A DNA stretch of 63,155 nucleotides, filler included, from Asterionella formosa (lineage: Eukaryota), in the NCBI GenBank assembly GCA_002256025.1. It is 16 parts of 16 records of this genome, joined end to end, with 100 filler letters (N's around TTAATTAATTAA, not from the genome) between each part and the next. Parts side by side here need not be neighbours in the genome. Positions count along the whole stretch, not along the records: positions 1 to 2,012 come from NKIB01000635.1; positions 2,113 to 4,123 come from NKIB01000636.1; positions 4,224 to 6,234 come from NKIB01000637.1; positions 6,335 to 37,852 come from NKIB01000638.1; 12 more parts are not named here. One strand, given 5' to 3'. The notes below the pieces were generated by a model. The model was not told the DNA's origin, searched no databases, and was given only the letters and a program-made list of their open reading frames with translations. Every line of letters starts with the position of its first letter. The first letter of the stretch is position 1. Position numbers and translations under genes: made by a program. This document shows, piece by piece, positions 1-11,656 of this stretch.

Positions 1-1
1 G

Positions 2-340
2 TTGAGCGAATAAGCTTATTCTACGATTCTTTAATTGAGACAATTTTTTTTCGAGGAAAGGAATCCGATCCTGATTGCTCCCAGGATCGACATTGCTTGA
101 GCTTGGATTCATCGATGGTTGAAGCAGACGCTGGATAGCCATTGCATGGATCGAAACTAATGACTCATCTTTAAGACTTTGGTCTTTCGCATCTTTTACT
201 TCCCTTGATATTTGATCACTGTTTCCGTTACGATTGCTATTGGCAGCCACCAAAGCCTCTTCCGGGATCTCCATCTGGGTCGCTACGAATCGCCATGGTG
301 CTCCATGGAACGATAAAAAATGGCGCGCCCTGATTTGCAT
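2..340 (-). CDS. Hypothetical protein, N-terminal part running off the contig edge
   Basis: Manual translation from ATG at 340 (MQIRARHFLSFHGAPWRFVATQMEIPEEALVAAN...RRISLFAQ) stays open to the window edge. No recognisable domain. Confidence 0.35.
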   Translation of the reverse strand, partial: MQIRARHFLSFHGAPWRFVATQMEIPEEALVAANSNRNGNSDQISREVKDAKDQSLKDESLVSIHAMAIQRLLQPSMNPSSSNVDPGSNQDRIPFLEKKLSQLKNRRISLFAQ

Positions 341-1130
341 GATCACTATGCTGCCCAGAGGGATATTTCGTGACTAAACTCTAGTCCCGTGTAGTTGGCT
401 TACCGGTGTTACTAAAAGCTTTTTCTGTGCCCCTATTTCAACAGGCCTTTCACATGTGTACGGCTGCGTGTGGACCGGAACAAGGGAAACGCTGCGTTGT
501 ACCGGTAAGAGAATCCTCACTTAATTAATTTGCTTTGGTTCCTTGTGGCAGGTACGACAATGATGTTCAACGTTTAAGGAACGCCACGATACCTTTACCT
601 TGCAATGTGAGCGCAAAGGGGCAATGGAGAGCACTGCAATGTGACGAAAGACAAGGTTCAAACGCTTTTATCACGAAAATGGATGATTGGTTGGATTTCG
701 GTGGGAGAGTCTGCATTGAATTCATTGCCTGCCCCACTGTCTTTGTTCCTCAGTTAAATTAGACTGTATTACAGTCGAGATTTGATTGTCATTGGCCACT
801 TGACTGCCGTAATGGTGACGGTAGTCTAGGTTTCCAATGGTGCAAACATTTGAGGATACGCTTGATTTGTGAATTTAATCAGACTTTCTAGCTCCTTTGC
901 TGGTGACGTTGTCATCAACTTAGCTGCTGGAGAATGTCAGCAATCAGTCTATGCTTGACACTCCCATAACCAACCAATCTATTTTTCAATTAAGCTGTTC
1001 CCTTGGCCTCCATAACTTGCGCTCGTTTGCGGGTAAAGTTCAGATCGTTGGCTAGAATTTGTCCCCTTCTTAAACCTTTCGCTTTTTACTCACTTATTTC
1101 CTCCATTGTTTTCGTACAGTATTTATTAAA

Positions 1131-1586
1131 ATGGCTGATGAACTAGAACCCCGTGGCATCTGTGTCCGTGATGTGTCCGCACAGGCCTTCATCGCCGCAT
1201 ATGCGGACCATTTGAAGAACTCTGACAAGTTTGAGCTTCCTGTTTGGGCTGACACTGTCAAGACGGGTGTCTTCAAGGATCTTGCTCCGTATGGCGATGA
1301 TTGGTACTACATTCGTGCCGCTTCTATTGCCCGCAAGGTTTATCTTCGACCTGGAATCGGAATTGGACAACTTCAAAAATGGTATGGTGGATCTTACCGT
1401 CGTGGTGCCCGAACGGAGCATTTCCGAAAGGCAGCATCTGGTATTATTCGCTCTGTCCTTCTTCAACTGGAGGAGATGAGAGTGACAGAAAAGCTCGAAT
1501 CCGGTGGTCGTCGTGTCACCCGTGTGGGACAACAAGATTTGGACCGTATCGCTGGTGCCGTCTTTCACGCAGCTGAAGAAGAATAG
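1131..1586 (+). CDS. RPS19: 40S ribosomal protein S19 (eS19)
   Basis: 151 aa with eS19 motifs VRDV, PVWADTVKTG, LAPY..DWYYIRAASIARKVYLR and GQQDLDRIA. Intronless. Confidence 0.98.
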   Translation: MADELEPRGICVRDVSAQAFIAAYADHLKNSDKFELPVWADTVKTGVFKDLAPYGDDWYYIRAASIARKVYLRPGIGIGQLQKWYGGSYRRGARTEHFRKAASGIIRSVLLQLEEMRVTEKLESGGRRVTRVGQQDLDRIAGAVFHAAEEE

Positions 1587-1810
1587 TCAACATTATCATT
1601 TACAAATTGAATATTAAATAACTTCTGTCATTTCAAAATTGACGTCTTAGATAAAAATTCGCTATTCTATTAGCGAAGTATGTTCATCAGTGGCTCTGAT
1701 AGATCTTGGTGCCCATATTCAAGCATTAATGGCTGCTAGGGAACAGCAACTAGGAATGTAATTGTTATCAAGACGGAAACGAGAGTAATAGGGATTTTAA
1801 TAGTACTTGA

Positions 1811-2011
1811 TTAGTGTGCAGTGAAATCCTTACTGCAGCTGCTGTCGTTCCCATTGTCGAGGTTTTGGCCCAGTTTCTTATTGATCAAGATCGCCGTGGC
1901 ATTGGTAGTATCGATTCCATGACTTTGGAAGATGGAGCGAGCCTCCTTGAATGCTTCTGTAGCACGATCAAAATGACGTGTTGCTTCGAAGACGAGACCA
2001 GTGCTGCTGAG
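1811..2011 (-). CDS. C-terminal fragment of a probable TPR-repeat protein (5' truncated by contig edge)
   Basis: Manual translation LSSTGLVFEATRHFDRATEAFKEARSIFQSHG...KDFTAH* fits a TPR helix pattern (G..F..A...F.EA..I). Convergent with RPS19. Confidence 0.5.
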   Translation of the reverse strand, partial: LSSTGLVFEATRHFDRATEAFKEARSIFQSHGIDTTNATAILINKKLGQNLDNGNDSSCSKDFTAH

Positions 2012-2012
2012 A

Positions 2013-2112
2013 NNNNNNNNNNNNNNNNNNNNNNNNNNNNNNNNNNNNNNNNNNNNTTAATTAATTAANNNNNNNNNNNNNNNNNNNNNNNNNNNNNNNN
2101 NNNNNNNNNNNN
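2013..2112. other. Artificial contig linker (N44-TTAATTAATTAA-N44, six-frame stop); 15 copies in the window
   Basis: Identical 100-bp spacers start at 2013, 4124, 6235, 37853, 39963, 42073, 44182, 46291, 48400, 50509, 52618, 54726, 56834, 58942 and 61049. They produce the XXXLIN tails in the ORF track. Confidence 0.99.
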
Positions 2113-4123
2113 CCCGGTGGACACGAGTGGACTCGTCCTATCTCTGGCGCATCACACGACGACGAGACTCTGCGCCTTGATCTCGATGACCTTGGTGGGG
2201 AGGTTTGTCTAATTGATTGGGGACAGGACGAGGGGGAGGCTTTAGTAAGTGCTCCTAATAGACACCTTCAACAACACTTGGTACTTCGTGGAAGTGTCGT
2301 CCTAGTGCTACATCAAGAGAGCATTGCGGCTCCACACGGCAAGCTCTATAGCCGTATGACCTTACTCGAGGGTAATGAATTCGTGCAAGCTCTCCCAGAA
2401 ATAGCCAAGGATTTGATTCTTTTCGACATACAGGATATTCCACGAGCATGCAAGGCGATTCAACAGAGCTGGGCCAATGTTGGAATCAATCGACTGACGG
2501 GCTGGAATCTTAGCCGCTGTCTCAAGGGTCGCTTGAACGATAGAATCAGCGGAAAGATCCCATCTCATGCTGGCACTGCTGATATACTGCTGACAGGGTG
2601 TGAAGTTTCCCTTTCGTTGGCAGAACAATTTGCAAGTGACTTACAAAAGGTCTTCCCGCGATTGTTCATCAAGTCTGTAAGCAGCAACAAGCTTCTTGGA
2701 ATGTTTGGTCAGGATATGGCCATCCCATCAGTAGGATACCCCATATCAACAAACAATCCTGACCTGCATGATACCATAGTCATCATTGTTTCTCATAGCG
2801 GTGGAACATTCGCCCCTTTGGCCTGCTCCAATCTGTTGCAAGCATCGACGAAGAACATCTTTGTTGTTACTAGCGAATGGGATACTCAGATTGGAAAACA
2901 GCTACGCAGCATGGCAGATGACAAGATGACTGCAAGCCATATCTTTTCCACAGACATCGGATTGCGTCCAGCTGAGCCTTGTTCCATCAGTGTAGCAGCT
3001 ACACAGCAGCTTTTGACTCTTCTTTTCGAACAAATTTGCTTGACCATTCTGAGCACAAAGGAATTTCGCCATTTGAGCGGCGCTCTCATCACCGAGTCTG
3101 ACTTGCAGATTCTCGAACGCTGCAACCAAGACTGTATTCATGCTCTCGAGAACATTGTTGGTGTGGACTGCGAGGGCAATCGACTTCAAGGCGACCGCTT
3201 GCAGACCGAGCGAAGCCTTCGCGATGCTGGACGACTTTGGAGTGATCACGTTCTTGAGAATGCTCGAGCGTACGTGATGTCATTCATCTACATAATGGTG
3301 ACAGTAACAAGTGGCTTCCCGATTGTGACTGGACTTGCAAAAGTGAGCGGACTAGATACTGAGAGGACGTTTTACATCACCCGTTGCTTAGACGCATTGA
3401 TCTACTTCTTCCTTCCACAGATCAACATAACCATTCTACGTTTGCTGCAAGGACGGAACTTATTGCATCGAATGGTAGGTAGGACAGTAGTCATCGGAGA
3501 TATCCCATGGGTTGCGCAGGCAGGCGATGCCTTCCTCTCGAAGATTTTTGCCTGTTCATACTCCATCGCTGGAATCAACGTCCTTCATGGTAACCCAACC
3601 GACCATCTTGTGCATCGCCACACTCATCGTGTTGTTCGTGGGTCTCTTTTGGTGGCAGGTCGACCAGACGGTCGTCTCCTGGCATTGACATCATCAGAAG
3701 CGACCGTGTGTTTGAGCATAAACCAGGCAAGCAGCATCCAATCCCTTGGTGGCACTTGTGAATCAATCACCATTGGTCACAATCCTGCAGGTATGAGCCT
3801 CACCAAGCGCAACATCGTCCTTGAAACGCACCGTCCTCGATTTCTCTGCGAACAATTGCTTGACCAGTTACAAAGTCGTGACGCCTTGTTTAAAGGACTC
3901 CCTGAAGACAGCCCGTCTTCGAATACATCCCCTCATTTCTTGTTGGGTGCATATACCGGGTGGAGAAAGCGCGCTCGTGGAGACCCTGAGGATCGTGTCA
4001 ATAGTGAAACGAAACACCAACGATTGATCGAACTAATGATAGTCCGAAAGAATCAAAAGAAACGCCGTATACACAAATACAACTCTGACGTCAACTTGTC
4101 TGATCTTAAACTCGGGGTTGACG
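2113..4123 (+). CDS. GlmS/GFAT-like SIS-domain protein with hydrophobic hairpin (partial at both ends), copy A
   Basis: Frame is open across the whole contig, including 55 codons upstream of the listed ORF. SIS motifs DILLTGCEVS, IIVSHSGGT, VVTSEWDT and RPAEPCS. Two hydrophobic segments precede RTVVIGDIPWV...DHLVHRHTHRVVRG. Confidence 0.75.
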
Positions 4124-4223
4124 NNNNNNNNNNNNNNNNNNNNNNNNNNNNNNNNNNNNNNNNNNNNTTAATTAATTAANNNNNNNNNNNNNNNNNNNNN
4201 NNNNNNNNNNNNNNNNNNNNNNN

Positions 4224-6234
4224 CCCGGTGGACACGAGTGGACTCGTCCTATCTCTGGCGCATCACACGACGACGAGACTCTGCGCCTTGATCTCGATGA
4301 CCTTGGTGGGGAGGTTTGTCTAATTGATTGGGGACAGGACGAGGGGGAGGCTTTAGTAAGTGTTCCTAATAGACACCTTCAACAACACTTGGTACTTCGT
4401 GGAAGTGTCGTCCTAGTGCTACATCAAGAGAGCATTGCGGCTCCACACGGCAAGCTCTATAGCCGTATGACCTTACTCGAGGGTAATGAATTCGTGCAAG
4501 CTCTCCCAGAAATAGCCAAGGATTTGATTCTTTTCGACATACAGGATATTCCACGAGCATGCAAGGCGATTCAACAGAGCTGGGCCAATGTTGGACTCAA
4601 TCGACTGACGGGCTGGAATCTTAGCCGCTGTCTCAAGGGTCGCTTGAACGATAGAATCAGCGGAAAGATCCCATCTCATGCTGGCACTGCTGATATACTG
4701 CTGACAGGGTGTGAAGTTTCCCTATGGTTGGCAGAACAATTTGCAAGTGACTTACAAAAGGTCTTCCCGCGACTGTTCATCAAGTCTGTAAGCAGCAACA
4801 AGCTTCTTGGAATGTTTGGTCAGGATATGGCCATCCCATCAGTAGGATACCCCATATCAACAAACAATCCTGACCTGCATGATACCATAGTCATCATTGT
4901 TTCTCATAGCGGTGGAACATTCGCCCCTTTGGCCTGCTCCAATCTGTTGCAAGCATCGACGAAGAACATCTTTGTTGTTACTAGCGAATGGGATACTCAG
5001 ATTGGAAAACAGCTACGCAGCATGGCAGATGACAAGATGACTGCAAGCCATATCTTTTCCACAGATATCGGATTGCGTCCAGCTGAGCCTTGTTCCATCA
5101 GTGTAGCAGCTACACAGCAGCTTTTAACTCTCCTTTTCGAACACATTTGCTTGACTATTCTGAGCACAAAGGAATTTCGCCATTTGAGCGGAGCTCTCAT
5201 CACCGAGTCTGACTTGCAGATTCTCGAACGCTGCAATCAAGACTGTATTCATGCTCTCGAGAACATTGTTGGTGTGGACTGCGAGGGCAATCGACTTCAA
5301 GGCGACCGCTTGCAGACCGAGCGAAGCCTTCGCGATGCTGGACGACTTTGGAGTGATCACGTTCTTGAGAATGCTCGAGCGTACGTGATGTCATTCATCT
5401 ACATAATGGTGACAGTAACAAGTGGCTTCCCGATTGTGACTGGACTTGCAAAAGTGAGCGGACTCGATACTGAGAGGACGTTTTACATCACCCGTTGCTT
5501 AGACGCATTGATCTACTTCTTCCTTCCACAGATCAACATAACCATTCTACGTTTGCTGCAAGGACGGAACTTGTTGCATCGAATGGTAGGTAGGACAGTG
5601 GTCATCGGAGATATCCCATGGGTTGCGCAGGCAGGCGATGCCTTCCTCTCGAAGATTTTTGCCTGTTCATACTCCATCGCTGGAATCAACGTACTTCATG
5701 GTAACCCAACCGACCATCTTGTGCATCGCCACACTCATCGTGTTGTTCGTGGGTCTCTTTTGGTGGCAGGTCGACCAGACGGTCGTCTCTTGGCATTGAC
5801 ATCATCAGAAGCGACCGTGTGTTTGAGCATAAACCAGGCAAGCAGCATCCAATCCCTTGGTGGCACTTGTGAATCAATCACCATTGGTCACAATCCTGCA
5901 GGTATGAGCCTCACCAAGCGCAACATCGTCCTTGAAACGCACCGTCCTCGATTTCTCTGCGAACAATTGCTTGACCATTTACAAAGCCGTGAGGCATTGT
6001 TTAAAGGACTCCCTGAAGACAGCCCGTCTTCGAATACATCCCCTCATTTCTTGTTGGGTGCATATACCGGGTGGAGAAAGCGCGCTCGTGGAGACCCTGA
6101 GGATCGCGTCAATAGTGAAACGAAACACCAACGATTGATCGAACTAATGATAGTCCGAAAGAATCAAAAGAAACGCCGTATACACAAATACAACTCTGAC
6201 GTCAACTTGTCTGATCTTAAACTCGGGGTTGACG
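4224..6234 (+). CDS. GlmS/GFAT-like SIS-domain protein (partial), copy B, probably the other allele
   Basis: Same length and boundaries as 2113-4123. About 1% substitutions by eye, mostly synonymous. Confidence 0.75.
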
Positions 6235-6611
6235 NNNNNNNNNNNNNNNNNNNNNNNNNNNNNNNNNNNNNNNNNNNNTTAATTAATTAANNNNNNNNNN
6301 NNNNNNNNNNNNNNNNNNNNNNNNNNNNNNNNNNATAGGAAGATGCCAACTACCTGTGCGTATTGGTGTACATATCATGTTTACTTTTCATATTTGAATA
6401 ATGATGGAAATGCATTTTTCTTGTTGTGGGACACTGATGCAATGCCTACACATACATATTATATGGAGTAAAACGTAGGTTAATAATAAAAAACTGTTAA
6501 ATAGTCATTGATGACTAAAATAGTAATTGCTATCTAGGTCTTTATTTGCTACTGGTATGTATTATTTCAGAAATGCTGACATCAACTTGCTCACACTGTG
6601 GACTTTGTTTC

Positions 6612-6710
6612 ACTGACGACTGCGGACTTGATTTGCTGAAAATTTGAAAAGTCGCTGACTGATGACTTCATTTGCTGACTGCTAACTTCAACTTACTGAC
6701 TGCTGACTTA
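6612..6710. repeat. Short degenerate tandem repeat (CTGACTGCTGACTT-like units)
   Basis: Units ctgacgactgcggactt, gctgactgatgacttc, gctgactgctaacttc and actgactgctgactt. Confidence 0.55.
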
Positions 6711-7396
6711 AGTTCATTTTGATAATAACACCAGTAATGGCTTAACATTTATGCAAAAAATTATTTAAAGAAGAACGGAGTGGCGCAAAATTTGGGGGTT
6801 CGACAATTTTTGGGGGTAGTACCCCCCGCCTTTATGCATGTGAATCGATGATCAGAAAATGAGCAGCCTGCGCGCTCTGTGCGCTCATTACCGTGCCTTC
6901 CAGGCAACCAAGTGCAGGTAGCAGTACCAGGTACCCTGGTAGCATGTACGCGCTGGCATCATATTTGTGAACTAATGGAACATAAGTACCTACCGGGAGG
7001 CACCGTACCTGGTACCAGGGTACCAGTACCGGCAGTGAAACAAAACAAGCAGGCAGATTCGAAGAAACTCCAACCGGTAGTAAGTAGGTGGTAGTAGTAT
7101 ACCCCGGTAACCTAGGAACAAACAAACCACGACAAGCAAGCCTCGCACAGTGGAAGCATTGCTGTAGGCAGTGCAATAGTATGTAAAGAAATAAGGGACT
7201 ATTTTGGGGGGGGTGTACACCACCGTCCATCAAAACACGACGACATCATTTGCAGGGAGTACCTGGTACCTGGTACCGGTAGACGTGATCATGCCTTCCA
7301 TCGCATAAAATACAAAATGGAGTGAAAGAGAATATCCCAGTAGCAACCCATATGGAAACAATCGAACAACCTACAAGCAAACGACTCAAACCAACC

Positions 7397-9174
7397 ATGA
7401 CAACGGCAGCTGAAGAAGTACGTGATGATACTGTCATTGAATTTATCGCTGTGATGTGTAATGGCTTGATGCGCGAACGAACAGAATTATTCTTAACTAA
7501 CCAAATGCACCGCATCCCTCGTGTTCACACTGGCAGTTCAAAACAAAAGGAAATGCCGCCCTGCAAGCAGGCAACACGAGCGATGCCATTTCATTTTACA
7601 CTAAAGCAATCAATGAAGATGGGTCGAACCACGTTTATTACTCAAATAGATCCGCTGCTTATCTCAAACAAGGCGACGCTAACAACGCCCTCGACGACGC
7701 CATTTCGTGTCTTGGTCTGGACCCAGAGTTTGCCAAGGGCTACTCGAGAAAGGGAGCTGCTCTTCATGGCCTGAAGCGTTATAATGATGCCATTGCGACC
7801 TATGAAGAAGGCTTGAGGAAGTTTCCGGAAGATCCGGGGTTGAAGAGTGGCCTCGCTCAAGTGCAGAAGGAGAAGGATGGGCCAGCGGTAGATTCGGGAG
7901 GACTCTTTAACCCAGCCATGATGGCTCAAATGTACGGCGATCCAAAGCTTGCTCCATTCCTTGCAGATCCTGCCATCATGGCCAAGGTCAAAATGATCCA
8001 AGCCAATCCAAATCTACTTCCCACCATGTTGAGTGATCCAAAAATGATGGAATTTTTGAGTGCCATGATGGGTGGCAGAATGCCAGGAGACGAAGACGAC
8101 GACACTCCTGTTCGCAATCAAAAAGCACCAGAGCCTGAGCCGGAACTTGAAGAAGATTTTTCGGCTCTGTCTGATGTGGAACGGGAAAAGAAGGAAAAGC
8201 AAAAAGCAAGTATCGCAGCAAAGGAGAAGGGCAATGAGCTGTACAAGGCCAAAAAGTTTGACGAAGCTCTCGCTGCATACGATGAAGCTATTGCATTAGA
8301 TCCTACCAGCATGACGTTTCACAGCAACAAAGCCGCTGTGTATTTTTCTATGAAGAAATACGATGCCGTTATTGAGACATGTGACAAGGCTATGGAAATT
8401 GGAAAGACAAACATGGCTCCCTTTGAGGATCGTGCCAAGGCATTGACAAGATGCGCAAAGGCATTCCAAATGAAAAAAGATCTATCCACGGCGATTGAAA
8501 AGTGCAAGGAAGCGCAATTGGAATTTTTTTCCAAGGACACCCAGCGTTTGTTGAAAACCATGGAATTGGAAAAGAAAAAGGCAGACTCCCTCAACTACCA
8601 AAATGAGGATTTTGCCGAAGAAGCTAAGCAGAGAGGAAATGAAGCATTTCGTGCTAAAGACTGGGCCCAGGCAGTACTGGAATACGAAGATGCTGTCAAG
8701 CGATCCCCCAAGAATGCTGCAATTCGCAACAACCTTGCCGCTGCCCTTTGCAAAATTCTTGATTTCAACGGAGCCAAGCGTCAAATTGAAGAAGCTGTTC
8801 AGTTGGACCCTAGTTACGTGAAGGCATGGACGCGAAAGGGCGACATTGAAGTCGCAATGAAAGAGAATCATAAGGCTATGGATTCTTACCGAAAGGGATT
8901 AATGCTCGAGCCCGACAATGTCGCTTGCAAAGAGGGTCTCCGCAAAGTGAACACTATGATTGGTGCCACCGTCACGGACGAAGAGAGAAAGGAAAGGGCC
9001 GCTCACGCCATGGCAGACCCCGAGATCCAGTCCATCTTACAAGACCCTGTCATGCGACAGATTCTAAATGATTTTGCTGAGAACCCAGCGGATGCCAGAA
9101 AAGCAATGAACGACCCTATGGTCGCTGCCAAGATGGAAAAGCTGATCGCCTCGGGAATTGTGGAGACCCGTTAG
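7397..9174 (+). CDS. STI1: Hsp70/Hsp90 organising protein STI1/HOP; exons 7397-7417 and 7537-9174 (~552 aa)
   Basis: Removing the GTACGT...CTAAC...CAG intron (7418-7536) joins MTTAAEE to FKTKGNAALQAG...YYSNRSAAY...KGYSRKGAALHGL (TPR1). This continues in frame into DP1, TPR2A, TPR2B and DP2 (AMADPEIQSILQDPVMRQIL). Confidence 0.96.
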
Positions 9175-9622
9175 GGAACTGAACTGGTCGTCATTAGATT
9201 ATCTTAGATCATATTAGTAGGGCATAACGGTTTTTACAATCAGTCCGCATTAAATGCTTTTTTCTGCCATTTTCTGTTCCTTATTGTATGAGACTACATA
9301 TTGAGAAGGAAGTCCAGTTTATTAATTATGCTAAACTAGCACCTCTTCTCCACGATATCCAATGCACACACTCGCTATGTCAGACAATATATATTCCTCG
9401 TTTTTTACGCATCGTTGCCCAGAATGGCATTTACTTCCGGCAGTACTTTCAAGCACCTTTTAGATTCGTTTCCATAAATTGTTCGTGGTATCTTCGTGAT
9501 GCACAGACAATCAAGAGAACGCTTCCGATTTTCAGGAGTGTGATACCCTCACCAGTAGCACAAACGAGAATAGTGCAGCGAATAGTTGAGTTCCACTGAT
9601 TCAATGGCATTCTATGAAACTT

Positions 9623-10132
9623 TTATCGCAAGCCGTCCACCTTGGAAAAGGTTCCTGGTGGCATCGAATACTTCAGTTTCTCGTATTCGTCTTCGTGAAC
9701 TAGCAATTGAATTGCCGCGACCAATGATTCCTCAGTGGTGGATAATACAACCAGAACTTGATCTTCATCGATGATATCAGTGTCATTTGCAAGGTACTCA
9801 AGTCGGCCGTTCACTGGTGATGTGATGGTGTATGTGCCTTGTACATTCGTCCACGCTGTGTGGTACATTTCATCACCATCAGTAATCTTATAACCGTCCC
9901 AATCTAAACTTAAAACCGTGTCATCCTTGGATACATTCTTGTTCAATGCAAATTCAGAATACATCTTTTGAATATCTCCCAAATCTTGCAAACATCGATC
10001 CGTCAGACCAATTTCGACAGTCCAAAACATGCTACCGGTATTAGTATTCGACAAGCATATTGGACGATACCATTGATGAATGTGGGGCGTAAACAGTTTG
10101 CGCCCACCTTCACGGATAGCATTTGTGATCAT
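9623..10132 (-). CDS. Glycine-cleavage H-protein-like (biotinyl/lipoyl fold) protein, divergent
   Basis: LFTPHIHQWY, VEIGLTDRCLQDLGDI and TITSPVNGRL match the GcvH motifs Y..HEW, GITD.A...LGDI and SPVSG. Likely ATG at 10132; the listed ORF starts at an upstream GTG. Confidence 0.6.
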   Translation of the reverse strand: MITNAIREGGRKLFTPHIHQWYRPICLSNTNTGSMFWTVEIGLTDRCLQDLGDIQKMYSEFALNKNVSKDDTVLSLDWDGYKITDGDEMYHTAWTNVQGTYTITSPVNGRLEYLANDTDIIDEDQVLVVLSTTEESLVAAIQLLVHEDEYEKLKYSMPPGTFSKVDGLR

Positions 10133-11656
10133 TATGTACAAGCTGGTCGGTCGTTTTTGAAATGACGACGGTTTCCTGATGAATACTTTGTTGTTGGTCA
10201 ATCTGTAAGCAAAATTCCCGCTCCAGCTATCGTCTTGCTGAAGGTCAGACACGTCCGAGGGTGGAGACTGCCAGCGAGGGGTCTTCACTACATAGGCAAT
10301 TCACAACCTACCTATCGGCACGCTTTTCGCCATGACATTGCCCTTTTAGTTAACATTGAAAACTTATTTTATATAATTTGTATGTTGGATGCGAACTAGC
10401 CAATTGCCCTTCATGTACAACATATTTTGGATATTTCATATGTATCCAAGGAGCCAGCATCACATTTGTTCCTTCCGGCCATCGCTGCAATATCTCTAAT
10501 GCCTCGAAATGATTTCCAAGCTGTGGTACATTCTGTTGATTGTTGTGTCTGTTTGCTTCCATTTGCCTTCTCTGAAACTCAATACCATCTTTAATTTGCT
10601 CCTGTGCATTGTTAAAACAAAAAGCACACTATCGAATTTGCTCGTCCAGTCAAAGCAGCCACTGAATGATTTCCAAACCAGCATTTGAATCATGATCATC
10701 AAAATCATTCATGTCAGCAACAACTTGCAATATAATGTACCATACTCCAATGCCACACCACACCCAACACAATTGACGAGGCAGGTTGATTGTCATATCA
10801 GTTTTTTTTTTGGATTGAACCCTACAATTAAAAATCACACTGTCATTGTATACCAGAACATTTCCTATCATGATATTGATCATGATTGCGCTATTCTTGA
10901 AACTCCAGCAATCCAGTTCATCTTCCTCCTCCTCCTACAATATGCTAACATCACACTATACCAAGAATGCCACCAAAATTTACAATCACATGGATGCTCC
11001 TCCATCCCCACCCAATGATTAATTCATCAGTTGCTGCTCCTCCATGCCCGATTTGAACATTTCAGAAATTCTGTTTCAACAAAAACAAAAAGTGTAAGTT
11101 GACAATTTTAAATGAACATGTGTTGACAATTTTTCACACAAATTTTCCACTTACCCATTTCTTTTTCACTGTTTATTCTACTCTGTGCTCGTCTTTGTCG
11201 CTTCTTGCCTTTCTGTTTCTGTTTCATGCTTTGGTTGCTTAAAAACATTTTGTCGAATTTTTCGACGTTTGGTTAGTACAATCATTCTTGTGTGATCATT
11301 TTTCGTTCATATTCGGGTTCCATGCATTTTTGATGTGGCTGATGGATATCATACTATCGATTTCTAAACTTTCCCATGAAAATTCGACCACTCCTGACAT
11401 TGCTCAATGGTCCCTGCTCAAACGTAAAATCGGACTGCCGAAAAACCACTGTGCCCCTATATTGCTCCTAAATAAAAATTACTTAGATATACCAAAAATT
11501 ACTTAGACACCCACAGTTTTCATCGAAAAGCAAGATGATAGCTAGGGTGGGGATTGCTGCTGAGGGAAGGCAAGACTCATCCCTGCAAGTACAAGTAGCT
11601 CCTGAGAAGGGTCCGGTATGTTGTTTTGGCAATTCCCGCTCCATCTATACTAGTAC

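Noticed and set aside
2057..2068. TTAATTAATTAA as a piggyBac site or conserved motif
   Set aside because: Part of the synthetic six-frame-stop spacer.
2113..6234. Apparent tandem gene duplication
   Set aside because: Identical contig ends and a linker between them point to an allelic assembly bubble.
7322..7774. 150-aa ORF upstream of STI1 as a separate gene
   Set aside because: It is read-through of STI1 exon 1 into the intron and the wrong frame of exon 2.
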